Shown here one piece after another: positions 31,428-44,200 of a stretch of DNA of 64,000 nucleotides (the stretch's first letter is position 1; each line of letters starts with the position of its first letter). The translations under genes were made by a program, and so were the position numbers. The notes below the pieces were generated by a model. That model had not been told where the DNA came from. It searched no databases and saw nothing but the letters and a program-made list of their open reading frames with translations. Source of the DNA: Peptococcaceae bacterium UBA5757 (lineage in GTDB: Bacteria; Bacillota; Dehalobacteriia; UBA4068); NCBI GenBank assembly GCA_002418965.1, contig DIFD01000015.1, forward strand, positions 215,088-279,087. Direction: 5' to 3'.

Positions 31428-34043
31428 ATGAAATTTCTGAATTTATTTGATGATAACGCCAAAGATATAAAAAAATACAGTAAAACTGTAGAAAAAGTTA
31501 ATGTTTTTGAACCTGAAATCAAGCAATTAACCGATGCAGGGTTGGCGGCCAAAACGCTGGAATTTAAAGAGCGTTTGGTCGCAGGGGAAACCATTGCCGA
31601 TATCCTGCCCGAGGCTTTTGCCGTGGTGCGGGAAGCCGCTTGGAGAACGCTTTCCATGCGGCATTTTGACGTGCAGCTCATCGGGGGATTGGTCCTGACC
31701 GACGGCAGGGTTGCCGAGATGAAAACCGGTGAGGGGAAAACGCTTGTCGCGACTTTGCCTGCCTATCTGATGGCTTTGACGGGCAAGGGCGTCCATGTGA
31801 TCACGGTCAACGATTATCTGGCAAAACGCGATAGCCAATGGATGGGACGCGTCTATAGATTTTTGGGGCTTTCTGTCGGGTTGATCGTTTACGGTTTGTC
31901 TTTTGAAGAAAAGAAAGCAGCTTATGCGGCCGATATTACTTATGGTACCAATAATGAGTTCGGTTTTGATTATTTGCGGGATAACATGGCCGTCCGACCC
32001 GAATTTATTGTGCAGCGGCCGTTGCATTATTGCATTGTGGACGAAGTAGACTCCATCCTCATCGATGAAGCCAGGACCCCCTTGATCATTTCCGGCCCTT
32101 CCAATAAACCGGCCGAAATGTATTATCAAGTCGCCAAACTGATTCCGCGTTTAAAGCGGGATGAAGATTATACCGTTGATGAAAAAATGCGTACCGTTGC
32201 TCTGGTGGAAGAAGCCGTGCCTAAAGTTGAAAAATGGCTGGGTGTCGAAAACCTCTATGATGCGGCCAACACGGAAATAAGCCATCATATTAACCAGGCC
32301 TTAAAAGCGCACGCCTTATTTAAACGCGATCGGGATTACGTGGTTAAAGACGGTCAGGTCATTATCGTAGATGAGTTTACCGGACGTTTGATGTTCGGCC
32401 GCCGTTATAGTGAAGGATTGCACCAAGCCATCGAAGCAAAGGAAAATGTCAAGATTGAGCGTGAAAGCCAAACATTGGCGTCTATTACCTTTCAGAATTA
32501 CTTCCGCATGTATGAAAAGTTAGCCGGTATGACCGGTACAGCCAAAACGGAAGAAGAAGAATTCCGCAAGATTTATAAATTTGACGTGGTGGAAGTTCCC
32601 ACCAACCTTCCTTTAGCCAGAAAGGACTTTCCGGATAGTATCTACCGTACGCAACCGGGCAAATTCAATGCTGTGGTTGAAGAGATCTTAAAAGAGCATG
32701 AAACAGGCCGCCCTGTATTGGTCGGTACGGTTTCTATTGAAAAGTCGGAGATCGTCTCCGGCATGTTGAAGCGTAAAGGGGTTCCCCATCAGGTATTAAA
32801 TGCCAAACACCATGACCGGGAAGCCGAAATCGTCGCTCAGGCGGGGCGCAAAGGGGCTATTACCATCGCCACCAATATGGCCGGTCGTGGTACGGACATT
32901 GTTTTAGGTGGTAACGCGCAAGCTTTAGCCGAGGCGGAAATGAATGCGCATGCCGATTACGAATACAGTGATGAAGAACGTTTGGCTTTGATTGAAAAAT
33001 ATAAGCAGATCACCAAAAAGGAACAGGAAGAAGTTGTCGGTTGTGGAGGTTTGCACATCATAGGGACGGAACGCCATGAAAGTCGGCGTATTGACAACCA
33101 GTTGCGCGGACGTTCCGGACGTCAGGGAGACCCCGGCTCCAGCCGCTTTTTTATCTCGGTGGAAGACGACTTGATGCGCCTGTTCGGCGGTGACAACGTT
33201 GCCGGGATGATGGACCGTATCGGCGTGGATGATAATATGCCGATCGATTCCACACTGATTTCGCGCTCCATCGAATCGGCGCAAAAGCGGGTTGAAAGCC
33301 GCAACTTTGATATCCGTAAAAACGTGCTGGAATATGACGATGTCATGAATATGCAGCGCGGGATCATTTACGGTGAGCGTAAACGTGCCTTGCACGGGGA
33401 AAACCTTCAAGAAAGCATTCACAGTATGATGGAAGAAACCGTGGATGCCGTCATAGCGGAATTTTCCGCTGTCAGCAATTATCCGGAAGAGTGGGATTTG
33501 ACCGCTTTGCGTGAGTCTTTGACTGCATTCATTCCGGAAGGGCTTCCTGACGACGAGACGATTAAAAACGTCAGCAAAGATGAAGTCAACGAACTGGTCA
33601 AGGACAGCCTGTTTGCCTATTATGCCAGGAAGGAAGAACGCCTGACTCCGGAGATTTTACGTCATTTGGAGCGCATGGTTATTTTGAAAGTGGTCGACGA
33701 AAAATGGATGGATCATTTGGACGCGATGGACCAATTGCGCCAGGGGATCGGGTTGCGTGCTTATGGGCAGCGCGATCCGTTGGTTGAGTATAAAAACGAG
33801 GCGTATAATATGTTCCAGGCCATGATCGAAGATATCCGCTCCGACGTGGTTCGCTATTGTATGCGCGTGGAAATCGTAGAAAAAAGAGAGGCTCCCGTAA
33901 AAACGACGGAAAGCAGAAATGAAGAGGCTCAAACCAAGCAGCCCATTCGTAAAGATCCGGGCAAACAGATAGGAAGAAACGATCCATGCCCTTGCGGCAG
34001 CGGCAAAAAGTACAAAAAATGTTGCGGGGCTGACAAAGAATAA
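31428..34043 (+). CDS. secA: Preprotein translocase ATPase SecA (with C-terminal [14 protein letters not shown] zinc-binding tail)
   Basis: Start MKFLNLFDD after GGAGGTG; the ORF is open from 31401. Walker A MKTGEGKT. Confidence 0.93.
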   Translation: MKFLNLFDDNAKDIKKYSKTVEKVNVFEPEIKQLTDAGLAAKTLEFKERLVAGETIADILPEAFAVVREAAWRTLSMRHFDVQLIGGLVLTDGRVAEMKTGEGKTLVATLPAYLMALTGKGVHVITVNDYLAKRDSQWMGRVYRFLGLSVGLIVYGLSFEEKKAAYAADITYGTNNEFGFDYLRDNMAVRPEFIVQRPLHYCIVDEVDSILIDEARTPLIISGPSNKPAEMYYQVAKLIPRLKRDEDYTVDEKMRTVALVEEAVPKVEKWLGVENLYDAANTEISHHINQALKAHALFKRDRDYVVKDGQVIIVDEFTGRLMFGRRYSEGLHQAIEAKENVKIERESQTLASITFQNYFRMYEKLAGMTGTAKTEEEEFRKIYKFDVVEVPTNLPLARKDFPDSIYRTQPGKFNAVVEEILKEHETGRPVLVGTVSIEKSEIVSGMLKRKGVPHQVLNAKHHDREAEIVAQAGRKGAITIATNMAGRGTDIVLGGNAQALAEAEMNAHADYEYSDEERLALIEKYKQITKKEQEEVVGCGGLHIIGTERHESRRIDNQLRGRSGRQGDPGSSRFFISVEDDLMRLFGGDNVAGMMDRIGVDDNMPIDSTLISRSIESAQKRVESRNFDIRKNVLEYDDVMNMQRGIIYGERKRALHGENLQESIHSMMEETVDAVIAEFSAVSNYPEEWDLTALRESLTAFIPEGLPDDETIKNVSKDEVNELVKDSLFAYYARKEERLTPEILRHLERMVILKVVDEKWMDHLDAMDQLRQGIGLRAYGQRDPLVEYKNEAYNMFQAMIEDIRSDVVRYCMRVEIVEKREAPVKTTESRNEEAQTKQPIRKDPGKQIGRNDPCPCGSGKKYKKCCGADKE

Positions 34044-34080
34044 AGATTTTAGGAAAGAATAAAATTTGGGGAGGAAAACC

Positions 34081-35206
34081 ATGCTGGAAGATTTAAGACC
34101 TCAATTGCAGAATTGTCAGGAAAGGTTAGAAGACCTCAGGAGGTCTCTTTGACATAGAAAATAAACAAAAAGCCGTTACCGAGTTGGAGGCGTTGACGAT
34201 TGTTCCGGATTTCTGGCAGGACCGGGAGAAGGCGCAAGAGGTGATTGACCAGATCAGTGTCCGCAAGGAAGTGTTGCGGCAGTTTGCTGCCACCTTTGAG
34301 TCCCTGGGAGAAGTACAGGCTCTCTGGGATTTGGCGTTTGAGGCCGATGACGAAGAGATGGCCGGAGAAGCTAAAATAGAATGGACGCGGTTTTTGCCCC
34401 GGCTGGAAGCGTTAGAGCTGGCAACGTTGCTTTCCGGGCCCTATGATTCGCACAATGCAGTACTATCTATGCATGCCGGTGCCGGCGGTACCGAATCGCA
34501 GGATTGGGTGGAAATGCTCCTGCGTATGTATACCCGCTATTGTGAGCGGCATGGTTATAAAGTGGATACCTTGGATTACCTGCCGGGTGACGAAGCCGGT
34601 GTTAAAAGTGTTACCATCTCGGTGGATGGCTTGAACGCCTACGGGTATCTCAAGTCGGAAAGAGGCGTGCACCGCCTGGTGCGCATTTCTCCGTTCGACG
34701 CAGCGGGTCGCAGGCATACTTCTTTTGCTTCTATTGACGTCCTGCCGCAGGTTGCCGATGATCACGATGTGGATATTGATGAAGATGACCTGCGCATTGA
34801 TACCTACCGTTCCAGCGGCAAGGGTGGACAGCATCTCAATAAAACCGACTCCGCCGTACGCATCACGCATATCCCAACCGGCATCGTGGTACAGTGTCAG
34901 GATGAGCGTTCCCAGTTTTCCAACAAAGACAGAGCCATGAAGTTGTTAGCAGCTAAACTACTTGACAAAAAGCTTGCCGAACGCGAGGCGGAACTCAATT
35001 CGTTGCGCGGTCATCAACAGGAAATCGGTTGGGGCAGTCAGATCCGTTCGTATATCTTTCAACCGTATCGTTTAGTTAAGGATCACCGCACCAATTTTGA
35101 AATGGGTAATGTGGACGCCGTCATGGACGGCGATCTGGATGGGTTTATCGGAGCCTGGTTAAAGCAGGCTGCATTACAAAATCAAGTCGATTTGGACGGG
35201 AAGTAA
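34081..35206 (+). CDS. prfB: Peptide chain release factor 2, requiring a programmed +1 frameshift. Frame 0 runs 34081..34149 and ends at UGA; translation continues in the +1 frame from 34151.
   Basis: Classic recoding site AGGAGG-TCT-CTT-TGA-C at 34138-34153. Frame-0 peptide MLEDLRPQLQNCQERLEDLRRSL*. Downstream frame carries the GGQ motif (SGKGGQHLNKTDSAVRI). Confidence 0.9.
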
Positions 35207-35248
35207 ATAGATTTAGAAGTCTAAATTTAGATAAAGAGGTGTAGCGTT

Positions 35249-36064
35249 ATGGATCAAACAATGGTCGAAGCCAAGGCCAAACAAATCCGCCGTCATATCT
35301 TTACCATGTTGACAGCAGCCGCATCCGGACATCCGGGGGGGTCGCTTTCTGTTGCCGATATCATGGCCTATCTGTTTTTTGAGGAAATGCGGCTCGACCC
35401 GCAAAATCCGAAGGATCCCCAAAGGGACAGACTGGTTTTGGCAAAGGGGCATGCTGCTCCGGCACTGTATGCGGCATTGGCTATGAAGGGATATTTCCCT
35501 GAGGAGGAATTGTTGAGTTTACGTAAGTTGGGTAGCCGTCTACAAGGACATCCGGACATGAAAAAATTACCGGGCATCGATATTTCCACCGGTTCTTTGG
35601 GGCAAGGGTTATCGGCTGCCTGCGGCATGGCTTTAGCCGGAAAGATTGACAAGGCCGACTACCGAGTCTTTGCTATTTTAGGAGATGGGGAAAACGAGGA
35701 AGGCCAGGTATGGGAAGCGGCTATGTTTGGAGCCCATTATCAATTGGATAACCTGACCGCGTTTGTGGACCATAACGGGCTGCAAATCGACGGTAAAATA
35801 ACGGATGTGATGTCACCGGAACCGCTCGACGAAAAATGGAAGAGCTTCGGCTGGAATGTCCAGGTGATCGACGGTCATGATATTCGGGCCATCGCCAAAG
35901 CCGTGGCCTTAGCCAAAACAGTCAAAGGCAAACCGAGCATGATCATTGCCAATACCGTCAAAGGCAGGGGCTGTAGTTTTATGGAAAACCAGGCGGGTTG
36001 GCATGGCAAAGCCCCCAAAGAAGAAGAAACAGCCAAGGCTTTGGCTGAGTTAGGAGGGTGCTGA
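35249..36064 (+). CDS. Transketolase, N-terminal (TPP-binding) subunit
   Basis: 271 aa with TPP-binding motif GDGENEEG. Split-tkt arrangement. Confidence 0.88.
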   Translation: MDQTMVEAKAKQIRRHIFTMLTAAASGHPGGSLSVADIMAYLFFEEMRLDPQNPKDPQRDRLVLAKGHAAPALYAALAMKGYFPEEELLSLRKLGSRLQGHPDMKKLPGIDISTGSLGQGLSAACGMALAGKIDKADYRVFAILGDGENEEGQVWEAAMFGAHYQLDNLTAFVDHNGLQIDGKITDVMSPEPLDEKWKSFGWNVQVIDGHDIRAIAKAVALAKTVKGKPSMIIANTVKGRGCSFMENQAGWHGKAPKEEETAKALAELGGC

Positions 36065-36065
36065 A

Positions 36066-37004
36066 ATGACGCAAAAAATTGCAACCAGGGATGCCTATGG
36101 CAAAGCATTGGCGCAATATGGTTTGGAAAATGAAAGAATCGTCGTTTTGGATGCCGACTTATCCAAATCCACCAAGACGGCTGATTTTGCCGCTGTTGTC
36201 CCGGAGCGTTTTTTTAACGCCGGGATTGCGGAACAAAATATGATTGGCGTAGCAGCCGGTTTATCCACATGCGGTAAAATTCCTTTTGTCAGCAGTTTCG
36301 CTGTTTTTTTGACGGGACGTGCCTTTGAACAGATTCGCAATACCGTTGCCTATCCAAAGCTCAATGTCAAATTAGCTGCGACACACGCAGGCGTTACCGT
36401 GGGTGAAGACGGCGGTAGCCATCAATCGGTGGAAGATATTGCTTTAATGCGCAGCTTGCCGCGCATGACGGTGGTTGTGCCTTGCGACGCTATTGAAACA
36501 ACGCAAGCGGTTGCCGCTGCCATTGCATATGACGGTCCGGTATATCTGCGTTTAGGTCGTTTAGCCGTTCCCTTGATTAATGGCGAAGAGTATCGATTTG
36601 AGCTTGGTAAGGGAGTATTGTTGCGTGATGGCAGTGATATCGTCATTTTTGCTTGCGGGCTGATGGTCGCCGCTGCAATAGAAGCAGCTGATCTTTTAGC
36701 GGAGGAAGGGATTTCTGCCGCCGTTGCCAACATCCATACCATCAAACCCCTGGATACGGATTTTATCGCCAATTTAGCGGCGCGTTGCGGCGCGGCCGTG
36801 ACGGTAGAAGAGCACAGCATCATCGGCGGTTTAGGGAGCGCTGTGGCAGAAACGCTTGGCGAGCATTATCCGGTTCCTTTATGCCGTGTGGGAATTATGG
36901 ATATGTTCGGACAATCGGGCAGCCCGGACGCTCTTTTAGAAAAATACGGCTTGACGGCGGTTTCTATTGTTCAAAAGGTGAAAGCAACCATTGCCAGAAA
37001 GTAA
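36066..37004 (+). CDS. Transketolase, C-terminal (pyrimidine-binding) subunit
   Basis: 312 aa, immediately follows the N-terminal subunit. Confidence 0.88.
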   Translation: MTQKIATRDAYGKALAQYGLENERIVVLDADLSKSTKTADFAAVVPERFFNAGIAEQNMIGVAAGLSTCGKIPFVSSFAVFLTGRAFEQIRNTVAYPKLNVKLAATHAGVTVGEDGGSHQSVEDIALMRSLPRMTVVVPCDAIETTQAVAAAIAYDGPVYLRLGRLAVPLINGEEYRFELGKGVLLRDGSDIVIFACGLMVAAAIEAADLLAEEGISAAVANIHTIKPLDTDFIANLAARCGAAVTVEEHSIIGGLGSAVAETLGEHYPVPLCRVGIMDMFGQSGSPDALLEKYGLTAVSIVQKVKATIARK

Positions 37005-37028
37005 ACTTAAAAATAAAGTGCAATCACA

Positions 37029-37067
37029 AAAAGAAGCCGGTAGATAAATCTACCGGCTTCTTTTTTA
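37029..37067 (+). terminator. Rho-independent terminator after split tkt
   Basis: aagaagccggtaga taaa tctaccggcttctt tttttat. Confidence 0.7.
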
Positions 37068-37242
37068 TATGTCATGATATAGGTGTGATCAAATGGATTT
37101 TGGGCGTTTCCATAAAATAATTTTATCAATTCATAAAATCGATCAAAATTATTTATTAGATATATAGGGATAAAACAATTAGAATAAGGTTGTTAGATAG
37201 ATATTGGTTGGGTTTTATGAATTATTTGAGAAAGGGAACAAT

Positions 37243-38013
37243 ATGGATTGTATTGGCATTGATATCGGTTCGACCGCGGCCAAAACCGTTGTCTGGGGGT
37301 CCGGCGACATCAGGTTGACGTTTGCGATACCTACCGGTTGGAGCAGCAAAGAAACCGCGGAAAATATAAAAAAAGAGCTATTGAGCAAGGGTATTGATAT
37401 AGATACGGATTCTACTAAAGTCATCGCTACCGGATACGGCCGGATCAGTGTTCCTTACGCCGATCAATGTGTGACGGAAATCACCTGCCATGCCAAGGGG
37501 GCCTGGTATTTGATGAAGCAAAACTGTACCGTCATCGATGTCGGGGGGCAGGATACCAAGATCATAACCGTTGAGAACGGCCAGGTTAGCGATTTTTTAA
37601 TGAACGATAAATGTTCAGCCGGAACAGGTAAGTTTTTGGAGATTATGGCTAACAGGCTTGGCGTTGGTTTGGAGGAGCTCTTTGATCTGGCAAAAAGGGG
37701 AACGCCTCTTGCCATCAGTTCCATGTGCACTGTGTTTGCGGAGTCCGAGGTGATCAGCCATATCGGCCAGGGAGAAAGCCGCCCGGATATCGCAGCCGGG
37801 GTGATCCAATCCGTAATCGGCAAAGTGATGCAGCTTGCCCGCCGTCACGGGCTTAAATACCCTTGTATCCTGACCGGAGGTTTGTCTATAACCCCTTATT
37901 TTGCCGAGAAACTGGAAGAAGCCTTAAAAGTACCTGTTTGTTCTTTTGATTTAAGCCGCTATGCGGGCGCGCTGGGCGCAGCTTTGATCTGTCAAGATAA
38001 ATTTGCAAAATAA
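37243..38013 (+). CDS. BadF/BadG/BcrA/BcrD-type ATPase: CoA-substrate-specific enzyme activase (HgdC-like), orphan
   Basis: MDCIGIDIGSTAAK, and the ...CSAGTGKFLE... [4Fe-4S]-bridging Cys region. No dehydratase partner adjacent. The ORF is open from 37204. Confidence 0.75.
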   Translation: MDCIGIDIGSTAAKTVVWGSGDIRLTFAIPTGWSSKETAENIKKELLSKGIDIDTDSTKVIATGYGRISVPYADQCVTEITCHAKGAWYLMKQNCTVIDVGGQDTKIITVENGQVSDFLMNDKCSAGTGKFLEIMANRLGVGLEELFDLAKRGTPLAISSMCTVFAESEVISHIGQGESRPDIAAGVIQSVIGKVMQLARRHGLKYPCILTGGLSITPYFAEKLEEALKVPVCSFDLSRYAGALGAALICQDKFAK

Positions 38014-38217
38014 ATTAACGATATCCGGAACTTAGCAGATCTAAAAAATTTTTGCCGCATAAGAAATTGTTTTTGTCTCAACCGATCATTCCGGCTTTAC
38101 GGGACGCTTTGATTGCCAATGTTGTTTTAGTATTTAAAATACAAACATAGATTGATGAAAAGGATATAAATTTTATAAAAGGCGTAACCAAAAGTGACCT
38201 GTAACGATATTAAAAAA

Positions 38218-38252
38218 TAAATCCGACAGCCTAAGCTGCCGGATTTATTTTT
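38218..38252. terminator. Bidirectional terminator downstream of the giant SLH-protein gene (minus) and the activase gene (plus)
   Basis: aaatccgacagc ctaa gctgccggattt, flanked by T/A runs on both strands. Confidence 0.6.
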
Positions 38253-38280
38253 AAGGAGGCTTTATTGGAAAAGGGCTAGC

Positions 38281-41200
38281 CTACTTTGACAAAAGATTGT
38301 AAAGAACCTGGGCGATCTCTGCGCGTGTTGTGCCTGACTTGGGGTTAAGAAGATCATTGCTGCCGCTGATGACGCCGGCCTGAACCAGTGTCGTCATGGC
38401 ATCCTTAGCCCAATCGGCTATCAGGTCCGCGTCATTAAAGCTTGTAAGCGCTGTATTATTCATAGCATCCGGAACTTCGTCTATGACCTCTAAAGCGTTA
38501 TAGAGCATGACGATCATTTCTTGCCTGGTGATGGCTTTTTGCGGCGCGAACAGGTTATTGCCGACACCGTTCACGATGCCGAGCGCCTTGGCTTGTAAGA
38601 GATATGGCGTGTAATAGGTGTTCCCTGCATCCGAGAAATTCTCTGTCCCGGCCGTGCTTTGCGTACCGATCTGATAAGCGTTCATCAAAAGTACCACAAA
38701 TTGACCGCGGGTAAGGTTGGCGTTGGGGCTGTAGATTCCTTCGCTGGTGCCGGAGGTGATACCCCTTGCGGCAATGAAGTTTACCGCGTCGGCATACCAG
38801 GCTGAAGGAGCAACATCTCTGAATGCTACCTGATTGTAGCCGAGAATGAATTTGGAAAAGTGGGTGGTGGTGAATACCACGGCTTTTTTGATTGGGTCAT
38901 AATGACCTTTAACGGTTTGCAAGCTGCCGTCGTCCGCAAGATAGTAAACGAGAATACAATTGGGGTTTTCTCCGCTTCTGAGCGTATATGGAATGGTAAC
39001 AGTCGCATGCCCGCCGTCAAAATTGGAGACTATGGTATCGCCGTTGGTCACGGTCAGGTCATAAACCGGACGGTCTTTGACTTTTGCCTGGTCTTTTTCA
39101 CTGAGGATGGAATTGTCGATGACGGAAGCCGAAATCACTACATTACCGCCGTTATCCGCAGTCGCAATAGTTTCCAGTGCTTTATTGTCAAAGGTAACGG
39201 AGATAAAGGGAGAAGTAATGGCCAGGCTGGCATCTGTATTTTTTGCGATAGCGGATAGATCATCCTCGTCGATGGTAACGACGAGCTTTTTGGTCCCATC
39301 CGGTGTATCGATGACCAGTTTGAGGATATCTCCTTTATCGGTTCCGCCAGTATTGCCGGCTTTATCGAGCAGAGCGCTGACGATAGATGGGGTGAGCGTT
39401 GCCGAAGTCGTGCCGGATTGGGATTTGCCGTCCAATTCTACCGAGTTGGTGGTATGGCCGCCTAAACGGTTCGTTGTGACAACGATGGCGGAGCCGCCAC
39501 CACCACCGGAAGGAGGCGTTACCGGCGTGTTGTAAGGAGCGCCTTTAAGGAGTGCATAACTACTGCTGGAAGTCATACGCCAGGGATTTGAGCTGCTGTA
39601 ATAATCCGGAGCGGTGCCGCCGCTTGCATACCAGCTCCAGCCGGAACCGTAGAAGGATTTGGTCTTAAGCTGAGTCGCCGTTGCGCCCTCGTAGCTGCCT
39701 ACCAGATCATCTTCGGCCAGGATATCCATACCGCTGACGATGCCGCCTGCCGCTTTGGTAACGTTGTCGTTTGTTTCATAGTAATTTTGAGAAAGGCCGG
39801 TATTATAGATCAATCCTACGATGCCGCCGTAATAGGCGTCCCCTTCATGATTGTTGAGGGCATATACATTGGAGGCCGTGCTGTAAGTATAATTGACGGT
39901 GATTTCTCCGGCGGCGCCGACGATGCCTCCGGCCGTCAAGCCGATGCACATGGTTCCTACTTTTGGCGCGCTGTTGCTTTCGGTGTAAACGGCGCTCTTG
40001 TTATAGCAGTTTGCGATCAGGATATTGGGCGTATTAAAATCGGTGTAGGTTGTGGAACCTGCAATGCCACCCGTTAAGGTGCTCCCAGCGTAAGTAGCTA
40101 CCGTTTTGTCGGCCCCGGTATTGGCGCAATTGATAATTGTAACGCCGGCATTTGTCCCGTTACCACAATCGATATGCCCGACGATACCGCCCGCATAGGC
40201 ACGGTTTGTGGGGATCAGATTGGTGGATGTGATATTGGCATTATTTTCGCAATTTTCGATAATCGAAGCCTGGGAATAACCGTTGATGAACGCCGTGATG
40301 CCGCCGGCATAAGCATATTCTTCGCCGTTGTTGCTCGGTACGCTCATGTTTGTGATTACGTTGTTGGCGACTGTAAGACTTACATCCCCTGCATTTTCGC
40401 AGCCGAAGATGGAGGTGTAGGGGCCTGTATAGCCGACGATACCCCCGGCGTAAGCAGACTCGCCTTCTCTGATCATAGTCAGTGAAGCATTGATATCAAC
40501 CTGATTGTCGCAATTGCGGATATCACCGTCCCAGGTGTTTCCGACAATACCGCCGATATAAGCGGAATAATACGTTTGAGAGGTGAGCTCAAGGCTGCCG
40601 TCTCCGGTTACCGTGCAGTTTTCCACATATTTCCCCATGGCTCTCATTTTATCGAGACTTCCGGCTATGCCTCCAACGGCAGGAGCTTTAATCATTTCCC
40701 CTTCGTTGATAATCACATGGCAATCGATGATGGAAGAAGCTCCTCTGCCGATGATGCCGCCGGCGAGTTTCCACCAGCCATATGTGATGATGCTGCCGGT
40801 ATCAAAGGTAACGGTACAATTTTCGATATTGCCGAAATAAGCCTTTCCTGCGATCCCTCCCGATCCGCCGTTGGGTGAATCCGTCATGACGTCCCCAAGG
40901 TAATTGACTGCGCAGTTAGTGATGGTGCTGTAATCCGCCGAGCCGACGATACCGCCGACATGCGCATAATCGTCGTTGATGGTTTCAATCCCAATCACAT
41001 TGACGGTAAGGCCATCGACCAGGGCGTCTTCCCCGGTCATTCTGGCAAAGAGGCCGATATCGATAGGGTTACTCCCAAAATAATCGGAGTCGATCATCAG
41101 ATTGTCAATCGTATTTCCGTCACCCAGATACTTGCCGGTAAATTCATCGTCGTCTGTTGATTGGTTGCCGTCGACAAAGCCGCCGATGGGCGTCCAATTG

Positions 41201-44200
41201 CCGCCGTTATAATCCGCCAGGTCGATGTCCGCCGTCTGGATAAAGTTGAGATCGAGATGGTCGCTGATATGTGCCAGTTGTTCGGGAGTAGAAACATGGT
41301 AATAGGTTTCACCTCCGATTTGGCTGGAGGCAATATAGCCGCCGTAGGCTTCCGTAGTCGAACAGCCGTCGATCATACATTCATGGGAGACAGAGACGTC
41401 GTCGATGAAGATATTATATCCCCATTGACATGTACCCAAAAAGGCGATGCGCACATCCGGCTCACCGGCATATGCCGCCAGGCTGAGGGCTTCTTTCTTC
41501 CAGCCCTCGGTTTCGCTGTAATGGTAGAACGGATCATCCAAGTTGGTCCAGGTATTGCCTCCGTCGGTCGAGATCTGAACGGTAATATAATCATCGTAAT
41601 CGGACCAGCTGCTGTCATGGTACATCCAAAACTCCAGCCAGTAATCGCTTCCATTAGAAAGGTTAAGGCTTTCAGTCTGATAGAGGCGGGACCGGGTTTC
41701 TGTGGATAGAGAAAAAGAATTAAATTTGGCGACATAGCTGCCGGAATGAGCAGCAGCGGTTGGATCGGATAAAGTATTGGTTACGCTCCAGCCTGGAATT
41801 GAGCCTATAACTGATTGATCCCATCCATCCATGCCGCTCTCGAAATTCTCTTTGAAAAACTCCAGTCCCTTTAAGCGGACCGTGCTTACCCCGTCGGTAA
41901 AGACCGTGTAGCGTCCTTGTAATATGCCTTCGTCTTGGGTCATGACGGTGTCGCCTATCTTTACGTAGTTTGTAGGATTGGCGGCTGTGATGGTGCCGCC
42001 GACGGTGATCTCGGCGCCGCCAAAGACGTAAGCACCATAGGTGGGATCGTTGTTGCTTCCGTATGTGCTGGCTGTCGTCACGGTGCTGCCCTTGACAAAA
42101 ACAGTGGTTCCTGCTCCATAAGCCGCAAGCCCTATGTTGCTTTGAGCGTTGCCCCCGATCGTAACGTTTGAACCTGCGGACGCTTCCACGGCATAATAAT
42201 TTGTCGCTGTGACGTTACCGTCCACACGGACAATTCCGCCGCCTTCCGTCCAGCCATAGGCGGAAACCCCGCGATAACCGGCGGTCACATCTCCCTTTAC
42301 CGTGACCGTTCCGCCGCTGTCGGCATTAATGCCCGAGCCGCTTGTGGCGGAAAGATTACCGTCGAGGATTGCTTCTGTACCTGCACCGCTGGCATAGACA
42401 CCATTGAGGCTGTAAATATCTCCATATACATGAACGTGGGAACCGCCGTATATATGCAATCCTTCTCCGATGTAGCTTAATACTTTAATATCTCCCGTGA
42501 CCGTGACCGAGCTTCCGCTCTCCGCTATGATACCATAGCCGTTGAGGCTGTTGCTTGGGGTGGGGTCTAAAATGGAGGTGACGGTCGCCGTGCCGCCGTT
42601 TAAGGCCTTGACGCCGATATAGCCGGTCACGATATTGAGCTCGCCGCCGTCGGTGTCGTCGATGGTAAGGCTACCGCCGTCTACTTTAAGGGCTCCCTCG
42701 GAGTTGGTACGTCCGATGTTTAATTTATAAGTATCGAGATCAAAATGAAGGTCTTTTTCGATGAGGATGATGTCCCCTTGATAGCGGATATCCGCCAATA
42801 GGGTGATGGTGTCGCCGTCTTCGGCATCCTCCAGGGCGTCCTCAAGGAAGAGGTAGTTTACGCCGTCAAGGCTGCAGACCTCTTGTCTGGCCCGTACGGT
42901 AGCGGTGCCATTGGTATAAACATAGTAGTTGTCGGTAATCGAGCTGTATTGGGCCGGTGTTTTGACTGTGCCGGCAATGTTTATATAATTGGGGGCGGTA
43001 ATATAACCCTTAACAGTGATATTTGCGCTGCCCAGGGCTGCAACACCTGTGCCCCCGGTGCCCTGAGCATATACATTCCCATCAATGGTAGCGGTGCCAT
43101 AACCCGCAATCGCAAAGGCGCCCCCCGTGCCATTTGCCGTAGCATCGCCTAAGATGGTCGCGGAGGAATTTGCGTATGCTACATCTACGGCTAAGCCGTT
43201 GGAGCCTGTTGCCGTTGCGTTGGTTACTTTCGCCGAGCTGCCGTCGCCGATAATGACGCCACTACTACCGGTGACATTAAAGGCACCTTCTCCATATATA
43301 TCAACATCAATCCCGGCATTCACCCATAAAGCCGCGCCGGAATCATTGACTACGTTGAGCGTATGGCCGTTGAGGTTAAACCAGGTATCGGTTGTGGGTG
43401 CTAATTGTCCTGTATAGTTGATATCGGCCAATAGTTTGATCGTATCATTATCTACCGCTGCGGCTGCAAGCCCCTCGTCCAAAGTGTCATATTGGACGCC
43501 GTCGACTTCACAAACCGGATTGGGGATCAATACATAAACGGTATGGACATAGTTGGGGTTGTTGTTGGTATAGCAGGAATATTTCATATAATTCCCTTCT
43601 ATGACCCCGTTGCCCTCCGTATAATTAACATAATCAAGCCGGATATAAGGATTCGCGCCGCTGATGGCGCCGTTGACGGTTACCGTGGCGCCGTTATAAA
43701 TATAAACGCCGAAACTATTATTTGCAGTGATATTGCCGTTGATGGTGATGTTGCCGCTGGGGGCGTTGGAAACAACGCCCTCCTGGGCAATGATGTTGCC
43801 GTTTAAGGTAAAAGTGCTGTTTGAGGCGACACCCCACCCATCACCGCTTGTGATATCGCCGGTGACAACCATGATGCCGGTATCGTTATTGACAGCCGTG
43901 CCCGCTGCAGCATCTATGTTACCGGTAATATTAAATACAGATGTGCTTGAAGTATTTGTGATTTGTACGCCGCCCGTAATATTTCCGTCAATATCCATTG
44001 CGGAAGAACCGAAAGCCCCTGCCATCATGATCCAACCTGTTATATTGCCTTCAACATCAATGTCGGCATCACCGCCGGCATTGATCGCATAATAATTTGT
44101 GCTGATGATATTGCCGATAATATCGGCAACAGGGGCGTCCCAGCTGCCTTCATTTCTTATAAAGATGCCTAATTCGGCTGTGATATCTCCCTTGACTTCG

